Shown: positions 27,370 through 35,547 of the stretch, one piece after another | How positions within the stretch are numbered: the first letter of the stretch is position 1 | Layout: every line of letters begins with the position of its first letter | Assembly: GCA_002256935.1 (NCBI GenBank) | Contig: NCGL01000004.1 | Location: 11,557-75,556 of the forward strand | Source: Bdellovibrio sp. 28-41-41 | GTDB lineage: Bacteria > Bdellovibrionota > Bdellovibrionia > Bdellovibrionales > Bdellovibrionaceae | Direction: 5' to 3' | Length of the DNA stretch: 64,000 nucleotides | The notes under the pieces: generated by a model | What the model was told of the DNA's origin: nothing | Databases searched by the model: none | The model's input: the letters and a program-made list of their open reading frames with translations, nothing else | Translations under genes and position numbers: made by a program

Positions 27370-28889
27370 AAAGGATTATTCGCATAGAGTTCAGAGAGTT
27401 CCATTCTCCAGGGTTTTCTAACAACGGCTGCATAGGGAGTTGCCATGAAAGGTACAATAATTGGCGCGGCAAGAGCTTCAAAATGAAGAGCCTTCAATTT
27501 TTGAACTCGAATATCTTTGTCGTTAGTCGCCATATAATTTGCTAACCATTTTTCACGCTCTGGCTTTTTTACCCCCAAAAATCCCGCGTTGAGTGAAAAG
27601 GAGATCAGGCCAATATCCTCCTTATAAGCTGTGTCTGTCGAGACGACAAAAGCGTGTGGCATATCTTCAGGTTTAAGATCTTTTTTTAAATCGGGCGGTC
27701 CAGATTCATGGTAACAATCAGCAAGTGGCAGTTCCTCCTTTATCGGCTTGGACCAAGCATCAAAAGAACCTCGCTTCATCAGACCGATTCGAACTGATTT
27801 TTTTGGCTCTACTTCGCCGTTAGATCTTATTTTAGCTAGTTTACTTTGCTGATCGTTAGTCAACCCACCTTCGCCGAGGCTTGGGAAAAACTCTTCTCTT
27901 TTTTCAAATCCAGATGAATCATGGTAAATTTTGAAAAATGCAGCCTTTACTCGTTCGCCAATGTATCGCCTTTCCGCAGCAGAGAATTCTCTTTCTCCGC
28001 GATCAGTGAATACCAGCGCCATCGTTCTAATCTTCATCGTTGTGTGGATACTAAAATCAGAGTCATGCTTCACAAACTTAATTAGTTCGTCGGCTTTCAC
28101 GGTGTCGATAGTGGTTAATAAATCGACTCGATTTTCAACTAAAGCTTTTAAGCTATCGCCCTGAACTTTTGGATTCATGCCAACAAGCTTAATGATGTCC
28201 GCTATGTCGGATGCAGCATGATAGTGATTGGGGTTAAGTTTCAGTTCTATATTCCCATTTCCGTCATCATCAGAAACAAAATAGGGTCCACTTGTTTCCT
28301 TAAGATTGATGATTGCCAGTGTTTGGGGGTCACAGCTTGTTCTTGGAATAATAGCAAAATCAATTGCAGCAAGCATGGGCAACAGAAATGGTTTTCTCTC
28401 TTTTGCATTTAAATAAACGTAGTTTCCCTCGCTTTTGATTCCTGGGCATTCATCCTCGACGGTTTTTAAAATATGTCCAGGACAAATAAGGTCTTTGAAA
28501 TTGCCGTGTGTGTTTCCTGATAAAACTAGAAGACGTTTCAAAGAAAACACCACATCCTGAGCCGTTATCAATACACCTGATGCAGTCTTTAGATTATCCC
28601 GGATCTTGAGCCTTAGTTCGTCGTTGATCCAATCGGCTTTTTCAGCAACCCCAGGCTGGATCGACCCTTTCGCGTCAATCTCAACCAGCGGTGAAAAAAC
28701 ATTTTCTAAAAAAATATATTCATAACCAAGACGTATATCAGTTGGTTCATAACTTAATGATTTCCTTTGTTCAGGAAAGGCGACTCGGAGAGTCCTATTG
28801 GTATTTAATTGCTTCATTGAAAGACCTCCGCCAGCCGTAAGTAAAAATAATATCCCAATTATAATTGAAAGTCGCTTTGAGACAACCAT
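27348..28889 (-). CDS. Family-5 (OppA/DppA-like) solute-binding protein, membrane-anchored or secreted
   Basis: It has an N-terminal hydrophobic anchor. An SBP_bac_5-like core follows (PLVEIDAKGSIQPGVAEKADWINDELRLKIRDNLKTASGVLITAQDVVFSLKR). Confidence 0.7.
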   Translation of the reverse strand: MVVSKRLSIIIGILFLLTAGGGLSMKQLNTNRTLRVAFPEQRKSLSYEPTDIRLGYEYIFLENVFSPLVEIDAKGSIQPGVAEKADWINDELRLKIRDNLKTASGVLITAQDVVFSLKRLLVLSGNTHGNFKDLICPGHILKTVEDECPGIKSEGNYVYLNAKERKPFLLPMLAAIDFAIIPRTSCDPQTLAIINLKETSGPYFVSDDDGNGNIELKLNPNHYHAASDIADIIKLVGMNPKVQGDSLKALVENRVDLLTTIDTVKADELIKFVKHDSDFSIHTTMKIRTMALVFTDRGEREFSAAERRYIGERVKAAFFKIYHDSSGFEKREEFFPSLGEGGLTNDQQSKLAKIRSNGEVEPKKSVRIGLMKRGSFDAWSKPIKEELPLADCYHESGPPDLKKDLKPEDMPHAFVVSTDTAYKEDIGLISFSLNAGFLGVKKPEREKWLANYMATNDKDIRVQKLKALHFEALAAPIIVPFMATPYAAVVRKPWRMELSELYANNPLWLIKIN

Positions 28890-28900
28890 AGTATGCCCCC

Positions 28901-29173
28901 CTACGCGCCGGCGTCAGGGCAAATAGACAACAATTTAACTCCACCTTTTTCAATCGCACCATTTTGGTTAAGTAAATCAAAAATATCCTGATCCAATTGA
29001 AGACATTGATTGAGTTCTACATTGATTACTTTTGTCTCAATGAGTGTTTGAATGGCCAAAGCAATTTTTAGCTTTTGAGCATAGGTAAGACCAGGCTTAC
29101 TTGTTGTCTGCGCAAAACCTTCATTTGCTGCTAGGAAGCTAGCGATAACAATTATTATAGTTAAATTTCTCAT
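28901..29173 (-). CDS. Small secreted protein (90 aa)
   Basis: It has a Sec-type signal (cleavage near GFA-Q), a helical body and two Cys residues, and ends ...LLSICPDAGA. An ATGA overlap links it to the regulator gene. Confidence 0.55.
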   Translation of the reverse strand: MRNLTIIIVIASFLAANEGFAQTTSKPGLTYAQKLKIALAIQTLIETKVINVELNQCLQLDQDIFDLLNQNGAIEKGGVKLLSICPDAGA

Positions 29174-30570
29174 AGTTCATCCCCCTCGATATGTTGTTTT
29201 GTTTCGATCCCATATTTTTTCATTTTGTCTCTTAATGTGCTTCGGCTGAAGCCCAATTGTCTTGCGGCTCCGGAAATGGATTTTGATTTTTGAAGAGCTT
29301 CAGTGATCAGAATTTTATCTTCATTCTCTCGCACCGCTTTTATTGAATTGATGTCAGATAATTTCTGAGTATCATTTGCCACATAAATTCTATCTTTAAG
29401 AATACTTAAATCTAAGTACTCGCCGACCGATGCACTGACCAAATGTTTAATACAATGCTCAAGCTCTCTTACATTTCCCTTCCAGTGCATTTTTTTGAAT
29501 TCTTCTACAGTAGCCTCGAGCAAAATTTTATTTTTACGTTCTTCTTGATTTGCTCTTTTTATGAAGATTTCTGCTAAATAGGGAATATCCTCTGGGCGTT
29601 CTCTTAGTGGTTTAAGATTGATTGGCAAAACATTTAGCCGATAAAAAAGGTCTTCCCGAAATTGTTTATTTGCAATCATGCTTTCGATGGGTGCATTTGT
29701 TGCAGCAATCAATCGAAAATCAATTTTTTTTGCGATGTTTGATCCTACGGGCATAATGGTTTTTTCTTGAAGCACCCGCAAGAGTGTCGCCTGAAGGTGC
29801 ATTGGCAGCTCACCAATTTCATCCAGGAAAATAGTGCCACCATTCGCCGCTTGAAAGAAACCAACTCGTGCGCGGTTCGCACCAGTGAACGCACCCTTTT
29901 CGTGTCCAAAAAGTTCTGACTCAATTAAAGTTTCTGGAATACTAGCACAGTTTACAGCTATAAACGGCATCAAGGCTCGTGGAGAATGTTTGTGGATGCC
30001 GCGAGCTACTTTTTCTTTTCCAGTTCCATTTTCTCCGCGAATGAGAACTGTTTCTTTCGAGGATGCAAAACGCAATATTAGATTGGCTGTGTCGGCCAAG
30101 GCATTAGAAATGCCGACCATATCAACACTCTCAATGAGTTTTCTATTTGCGTTCTCAGTAAATAAGGCAACGGGCTTTGTTCGCTTTTCAACTTCACGAC
30201 ATAGACGATGAATAATACCTAGTAGCTTGGCATTGGCTGTGTCTTTTTCAACAAAAAATACCGCCCCTGAGTCGAGAGACTGATTGTGGGCTTCAACGGA
30301 ATCGTCGCCAGAAAAACCTAGAATTGCTAGATTGGGCTCTCGTGCCTTAATTTCTTTTATAACTTCAGGGCCATTCATCCCAGGCATGTGAAAATCAATC
30401 ATTCCCAAAGAAAACTGATTAATTCCCTGCCTGACAATGGCGATGGCTTCTTCGCCGCTCTCAACGGCGCGAACAGAGAACCCTTCGTCTTTAAGAAAAG
30501 CCACCATAGAGCTTCTGATATTTGGATCATCATCGACAAGTAGAATATTGTGTTGCAATCGTACCCCCAA
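29170..30570 (-). CDS. Sigma54-dependent response regulator (NtrC family EBP). A TTG start is possible at 30570 or 30558.
   Basis: A receiver domain (ILLVDDD..) is followed by an AAA+ domain with GENGTGKE and ESELFGHEKGAFTGA. The C-terminal Fis-type HTH is ISGAARQLGFSRSTLRDKMKKYGI. Confidence 0.9.
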   Translation of the reverse strand: MGVRLQHNILLVDDDPNIRSSMVAFLKDEGFSVRAVESGEEAIAIVRQGINQFSLGMIDFHMPGMNGPEVIKEIKAREPNLAILGFSGDDSVEAHNQSLDSGAVFFVEKDTANAKLLGIIHRLCREVEKRTKPVALFTENANRKLIESVDMVGISNALADTANLILRFASSKETVLIRGENGTGKEKVARGIHKHSPRALMPFIAVNCASIPETLIESELFGHEKGAFTGANRARVGFFQAANGGTIFLDEIGELPMHLQATLLRVLQEKTIMPVGSNIAKKIDFRLIAATNAPIESMIANKQFREDLFYRLNVLPINLKPLRERPEDIPYLAEIFIKRANQEERKNKILLEATVEEFKKMHWKGNVRELEHCIKHLVSASVGEYLDLSILKDRIYVANDTQKLSDINSIKAVRENEDKILITEALQKSKSISGAARQLGFSRSTLRDKMKKYGIETKQHIEGDEL

Positions 30571-30580
30571 TATATCCCCT

Positions 30581-30598
30581 AATCAAGTATGGTGCCAC
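30581..30598 (-). promoter_or_regulatory. Candidate sigma54-like promoter of the signalling operon
   Basis: The minus strand reads TGGCAC-CATAC-TTGAT. The -24 element is perfect, but the -12 element has GA instead of GC. It lies 10-25 nt upstream of the candidate start codons. Confidence 0.25.
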
Positions 30599-30776
30599 GA
30601 AACGAAGCACAGGTTTGAGTATAAGAAATAGCTTGGCCTTCGGTTTAAATGTATCTGGACTAAAGTAATTTAGTTTAGTTGGTTGGCTGATCGAGTATTT
30701 TTTTCATGACTGCCTAATCCGAAAAAAATAGCGAAGAGACTTCATGCTTAATCAATAGTTTAGGCTAGCTAAAAGG

Positions 30777-30792
30777 TGGCGGAAACCCGCCA
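30777..30792. promoter_or_regulatory. 16-bp palindrome TGGCGG-AAAC-CCGCCA
   Basis: This third copy lies about 200 bp upstream of the regulator gene and about 180 bp downstream of the recD2-like stop codon. Confidence 0.4.
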
Positions 30793-30968
30793 AGCGTAAG
30801 GCCAATCGTGGGCCTATTGCTTTTAAGAAACATTTACGAAGAAAAAAATACATTGTTGTCTGAATTAGTTCCGTATTGAATTACTGCACTTTGGCACATC
30901 ATATTTTCCCAGAAGTTTCTAAAAGAAGTTCTACTGTATAGAAAAAAAATATTTCAAATCGAATTTAT

Positions 30969-33542
30969 TCACTGCGCTATGAGTTCCGTTAAAGCTGTCT
31001 GTCGATTTCGATTATCAATCTGGCCGACAGCCATTGCAAAAGCCCGACGAGTTCCCACAAAAATAGCAAGCTTCTTTGCCCGTGTTAAACCCGTATAGAT
31101 TAAATTTCGAAAGAGCATATTAAAATGTTGTCCTAGTACCGGAATAATCACCGCTTGAAATTCACTTCCCTGACTTTTATGAATTGTAATAGCGTAGGCT
31201 AGGGAGAGTTCAGAGAGATCATCTTTTTCAAAAACCACTCGTCTTTCGTCGCCTCCCGAGAAGACAACTTCACAGGTCATGTCTTCAGTATCAACATCAG
31301 CAATATGACCGATGTCGCCGTTAAAAATACCAAGGTCGTAATTATTTCGTGTTTGAATGACTCGATCGCCAACTCTCAAAACTTTTTCGCCAATAAGTAG
31401 CTGTCGTTTTCCTGGGCGTTCAGGATTGCTAATGTTTTGCAGGCAAGAGTTTAAATTAACAGTCCCAACAGTGCCGCGAACTTGTGGCGTCAAAACTTGA
31501 ATTTCAGCCCCTGGCCCTAACCACTCGGGAATGGATTTTGTATAGAGTCTGACAATTGTTTCCAAAGCCGTAAGTCCATAATGCAGTGATGACCAAGGAT
31601 GCACATTTTTTAATACATGATATAATTCTTCAATTCCGTTTTGGGCGGAAATTAATTTTGCTAAATCCACATGCCTAAATTTTTCTGGAATAGTAAGAAT
31701 AGGGGCCTTTATAGAGGCTTCGTCTATATTTTCAGGCCGGAAGAGTTTGTCGATTTCAATAGAGCCTTCGCTTAAGGCATGAACTTTGCCAAGCCATTCA
31801 TCACCAGCTTTTAATAGCGCATCTTGATTATTTGTTTTTGCGGCTGCAATAGCTTGTTTTGCGCGTTGAATGAATTGGATTTGGTCTTTAGTGGCTTCGT
31901 CGGCGTCAACAAAAAGACAATCATTACCTTCTTGAAAAGCTTTTGGATGAGCTAAAGGGGAGATAATCTTGGGCACAGACCCAGTATTGATTTCGTGGGC
32001 ATAGCGTATAATTGTCGAAGCTTGAGCCTGGCGAAATACTTTCGTCAATCTATACCTTGAGATAGATTCAGCTTTAAGTAAGTCAGAAAGCACGTCTCCG
32101 GCTCCTACGGCGGGCAACTGATCGGGGTCACCAATAAAAAGAACTTGGGCATTAGGCGGAATGGATTTTAAAAGCGATGCGGAAAGACTTATATCCAGCA
32201 TAGACGTTTCATCCACTATTAAAAAATCACACACTAAGGGATCTTTATCGTCTTTTTTAAAGCCTCCCTTTTCAGGAGCCCATTCTAAAAGTCGGTGGAT
32301 TGTTTTAGCTTCGAAGCCGATGACTTCGGTCATTCTTTGTGCAGCTCGACCAGTAGGCGCCGCCAATAGAACTTTCTTTTTCATCGCAAACAAGAGTTGC
32401 ACAAGGACCTTTGTTGTCGTGGTTTTGCCGCACCCCGGACCTCCCGTAAGAATTGAAAATGACTGGCTAGCAACGCCACAAACGGCTTGAAATTGTTCGT
32501 CGCTGAGTTCAATTGCATGTTTTTGGCAATACTTTGCTGTCCATGTTGAAATCCTATCGGAATCAACCGTTATCTTTGTTCTAGAAAGCTCGGAAATTAT
32601 TTTTGCCGTTGTCATTTCGTCAAAATAAAGACCATTGGAATAGTAGCAAGGCTCTGGTCCATCACCGCGATCAAGCGTGCGTGATTTGGCCTGCCCCGAT
32701 GACAGCAGGGAACTGAGCACGGATTTAATACTATCGTCGTCTAATGGTTCTCGCAAAAGTTCAGGCGTTTGAGTCATTATTTGTTTTTCAGAAAGGAAAC
32801 AATGTCCTACTTCGCGGCTGGCCGAAAGCACATGTTTTATTCCCGCTTCGATTCTGGGAATTCCCGTTTTTTCAAATCCCATGGCTAAGGCAATTTTATC
32901 CGCAGAAAAAAAACCGATACCATAAATATCATGAGCTAAGCGATAGGGATTTTCCGAAACAATGGAAATGGCTTTATCGCCATAGGTTTTGTAAATCTTG
33001 GTGGCAAATAAAGTGCTAATCCCATACCCTTGCAAAAAAATCATGACATCGCGAATAGATTTATGTTCCTCCCACGAAGATCGAATTTGTATTAGTTTTT
33101 TGTCCGCGATTCCTGGAACTTCCAAAAGTTCATCAATTTTACTTTCAAAAATTTCTAGGGTACGTTCTTTAAAATGATTGACCACTCTGCGAGCAATGGC
33201 CGGACCAATTCCTTTTATTAATCCAGATCCCAAGTATTTTTCTAAGGCAGCGGCGGACGCTGGCTTTTTTTCAATTGCACGAACGGCTTTGAACTGCTCG
33301 CCATGCTTGTGATGGTGAGAATAGGAGCCATGAAATTCAATTGTAGCCCCGGCAAACACTTTTACTTGATGAATAAGAACTGCGACAAGTTTAGCTGGAT
33401 CTTTAAATGGAGTCACTTTCATCACAGTCCAACCATTTTCTGGGTTGTGATAGGTAATTCTCTCAACTATTCCAGTTAATCGTTCTAAGTGTTCATGAGT
33501 ATGGTTGTTTGAGTTTTGCAAAAAATTATTTCCTTCAAGCAA
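30969..33542 (-). CDS. recD2: RecD2-type SF1B DNA helicase
   Basis: The N-terminus has OB and helix-hairpin-helix regions (GIGPAIARRVV). Motif I is GGPGCGKTT and motif II is LIVDETSMLD. The C-terminus has an SH3-like region and helicase motifs. Confidence 0.85.
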   Translation of the reverse strand: MLEGNNFLQNSNNHTHEHLERLTGIVERITYHNPENGWTVMKVTPFKDPAKLVAVLIHQVKVFAGATIEFHGSYSHHHKHGEQFKAVRAIEKKPASAAALEKYLGSGLIKGIGPAIARRVVNHFKERTLEIFESKIDELLEVPGIADKKLIQIRSSWEEHKSIRDVMIFLQGYGISTLFATKIYKTYGDKAISIVSENPYRLAHDIYGIGFFSADKIALAMGFEKTGIPRIEAGIKHVLSASREVGHCFLSEKQIMTQTPELLREPLDDDSIKSVLSSLLSSGQAKSRTLDRGDGPEPCYYSNGLYFDEMTTAKIISELSRTKITVDSDRISTWTAKYCQKHAIELSDEQFQAVCGVASQSFSILTGGPGCGKTTTTKVLVQLLFAMKKKVLLAAPTGRAAQRMTEVIGFEAKTIHRLLEWAPEKGGFKKDDKDPLVCDFLIVDETSMLDISLSASLLKSIPPNAQVLFIGDPDQLPAVGAGDVLSDLLKAESISRYRLTKVFRQAQASTIIRYAHEINTGSVPKIISPLAHPKAFQEGNDCLFVDADEATKDQIQFIQRAKQAIAAAKTNNQDALLKAGDEWLGKVHALSEGSIEIDKLFRPENIDEASIKAPILTIPEKFRHVDLAKLISAQNGIEELYHVLKNVHPWSSLHYGLTALETIVRLYTKSIPEWLGPGAEIQVLTPQVRGTVGTVNLNSCLQNISNPERPGKRQLLIGEKVLRVGDRVIQTRNNYDLGIFNGDIGHIADVDTEDMTCEVVFSGGDERRVVFEKDDLSELSLAYAITIHKSQGSEFQAVIIPVLGQHFNMLFRNLIYTGLTRAKKLAIFVGTRRAFAMAVGQIDNRNRQTALTELIAQ

Positions 33543-33651
33543 TCCTAGAGCGGGTTTCCATCAATCATTTATTTTAATTCGACACTTTTGGCAATTTAAA
33601 GATGGATAATGCTAATATTGAAATAGGACAGAATTAGTCTAAGCTGCGCGT

Positions 33652-34494
33652 TCACATATAAGCGGGCTTATGAAAATCATACTCAGATCGGTTGCGAATT
33701 GGTCTAGAGACAACATAAATCATGGTTGATTCAATAAATCGGTGACGAAGTTGTTGTTGGATCATCATTAAGCTGGCCCCTCTATTCAAAAGGTTGCTAG
33801 CTAAACTATGTCGTAGAAGATGGGGAAATATACGTCGCCCGATTTGTGCTCTTGATGCTGTTGTTCGAAGTGTTTTCCTTACGTCACCCGTAGTTAATTG
33901 ATTGTTCTTAAGCAGTGTTGTGAAAAGAAAATGTTCCTTTTCTCTAGGGTGAAATCGCAAATAATCAATAAGAACGCGCGTACATTCTGCGGAAATATTT
34001 ATAACACCATCCTGTCGATTTTTTCCGTCTCGCACGGTGACTTGGTTTGCTCCCAAGTCAACATCCTCTAACTTTAAGTTGCATAATTCTAGATTTCTAA
34101 CTCCTGAATACGCAAGCAAACAAATCATAGCCTTAACTCGAATATTTTTGGCGGCCAAAAGTAAACGCGAGACCTCTGACTCTGTCATCACATCCTTAAT
34201 AAGTCGTCTTGGTTTTTTTGGTCGAGCAAGCTTTATCGCTTGGCCTTTGAAGCGGGTATAATGCTCTAGCCCTAGGGAAGAGTTAACAACGTGACTGTAG
34301 CTATATTTTTTGTCATACATCCAGCCAACATATTCCTTAATATTTTTGTATTGGGGAATGAATTTTTTCATTCTTCGTAAGGAAATACTCACAGTTCGAC
34401 AGTAACCGCTGGCCGTAACTTTCGAAAGGCCCCGGTCCACCATCAAGTAGCCTTCGAACTTCTTCATCTGCTTGTTTAGTTTTGTTTTGTCCAT
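33652..34494 (-). CDS. Tyrosine recombinase (small Xer-like integrase)
   Basis: A core-binding N-domain precedes the catalytic residues in GVRNLELCNL, HLLRHSLASN, LRH and TMIYV. Confidence 0.85.
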   Translation of the reverse strand: MDKTKLNKQMKKFEGYLMVDRGLSKVTASGYCRTVSISLRRMKKFIPQYKNIKEYVGWMYDKKYSYSHVVNSSLGLEHYTRFKGQAIKLARPKKPRRLIKDVMTESEVSRLLLAAKNIRVKAMICLLAYSGVRNLELCNLKLEDVDLGANQVTVRDGKNRQDGVINISAECTRVLIDYLRFHPREKEHFLFTTLLKNNQLTTGDVRKTLRTTASRAQIGRRIFPHLLRHSLASNLLNRGASLMMIQQQLRHRFIESTMIYVVSRPIRNRSEYDFHKPAYM

Positions 34495-34517
34495 TTTTTT
34501 CTCCGTTTTGTTAAAAG

Positions 34518-34712
34518 CTAATCATTGTTTTCAAAAATCCAAAGTCGATGCTCGGGCACAACGGTAAAGCCTGGATGCCGGCGCTTTTTTCTCTTGGTCC
34601 GAACCCTTGATACTTTATAGTTGTGTTCTGTTAGTATTTTAGATGGGTCGTGGGTTTCATTATCTTCAGTTAAATGTCTTTTGGGTCGTCTGTTCCATTT
34701 TTGTCCGGTCAT
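34518..34712 (-). CDS. Hypothetical basic small protein
   Basis: An ATGA overlap links it to the upstream ORF. It is rich in K/R, with no recognisable motif. Confidence 0.3.
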   Translation of the reverse strand: MTGQKWNRRPKRHLTEDNETHDPSKILTEHNYKVSRVRTKRKKRRHPGFTVVPEHRLWIFENND

Positions 34713-34939
34713 ATTTTTTGGCCAGACAGAGGTGAGGGAAACTCCCAGCTTTCATAGAGCCGAATTTCAGGACGCTCTCGGAGATTTGCCTTTCGATTAG
34801 GTTCAAAAAGAAAGCGAATCATTTTTTGATCTGAATCGAGAAAACGAGAAATAATGATTTTTTTCTGAGATTGCAACTGGGCCTCCGGCGATAATTCGAA
34901 TGGACTTCTGACAATGCCAACACTGTTTAGATGCACCAT
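34709..34939 (-). CDS. Hypothetical small protein (start uncertain; overlaps 34803-35225 in another frame)
   Basis: Only the ORF supports this call. An A-run in the overlap region could be a frameshift site. Confidence 0.25.
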   Translation of the reverse strand: MVHLNSVGIVRSPFELSPEAQLQSQKKIIISRFLDSDQKMIRFLFEPNRKANLRERPEIRLYESWEFPSPLSGQKI

Positions 34940-35225
34940 TCGTTGATTTCGAGGTGCAACTTACAATCTGATCTTTCTTTGGTGGAGAGTGATCAGTTAC
35001 TTTAGGTGATAAAATATTTCGACTACGAAAATTTTTCTGACGTAGACGACGATTCGCGCGCCCACGTTCAGTGGCGGCATACCTTTTTTCTGTGGTACGG
35101 CGATTTTTTCGCCTCCCTTGTAGGCTACAGGCTGGGCTGCAATATTTGTGTCCACGCCAACAATGTTCGCAGTAACGGAAGCGTTGATCACAAGCGGGAC
35201 ATACTTTTTCAATGCCAAGAAGCAC
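34803..35225 (-). CDS. Cys-rich, Arg-rich zinc-ribbon protein
   Basis: It carries CPACDQRFRYCEHCWRGHKYCSPAC and CWHCQK, with a basic RYAATERGRANRRLRQ segment. The start codon is GTG. Confidence 0.45.
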   Translation of the reverse strand: MLLGIEKVCPACDQRFRYCEHCWRGHKYCSPACSLQGRRKNRRTTEKRYAATERGRANRRLRQKNFRSRNILSPKVTDHSPPKKDQIVSCTSKSTNGASKQCWHCQKSIRIIAGGPVAISEKNHYFSFSRFRSKNDSLSF

Positions 35226-35277
35226 CGATCACTCGTTTGTTGTTGTTCATTTTGATATTTTTACACGAAGCTAATTT

Positions 35278-35387
35278 TTTTGGGTGACCAATTCCGAGGA
35301 GGCATCAAATTGGTGACCAAATGCTGATGAAAAACTAAAAAACATGCAGTTTAGGGTGGGGGGTGAGGTCAAAATGGTCACCCAAAA
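35278..35387. promoter_or_regulatory. Three GGT(G/C)ACC boxes / inverted repeats upstream of the Cys-rich ORF
   Basis: TTTTGGGTGACCA (35278-35290) is repeated in inverted orientation at 35375-35387. GGTGACCAATT-N14-AATTGGTGACC lies at 35283-35318. Confidence 0.35.
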
Positions 35388-35547
35388 TGACTGAAAAGTG
35401 GAGGTGATACCTCAAAACATCTGCTTTTGAGTCACTTTTTAAGCACCTGCATATTTAAGTCTTTAAACTTGTTAGGAAAAATTAAATCGTAAATGTCAAA
35501 AACACCAATTTTTCGACTGAATTTGCAATCAAAAAAAAGAACACGAT

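Larger units (their letters stand above)
10579..30800. mobile_element. Integrative conjugative element-like block: serine recombinase, oriT-like region, T4SS, and probably the adjacent signalling operon. The right boundary is not defined.
   Basis: All genes are co-oriented and translationally coupled, comprising recombinase + T4CP + VirB2-B10 homologues. The block begins immediately after tRNA-Val. Confidence 0.6.

Noticed and set aside
30969-33542. The idea that the 857-aa helicase is a TraA-like relaxase-helicase fusion.
   Set aside because: The N-terminal 330 aa match the RecD2 OB/HhH layout. They show no relaxase His-triad or catalytic Tyr motif.
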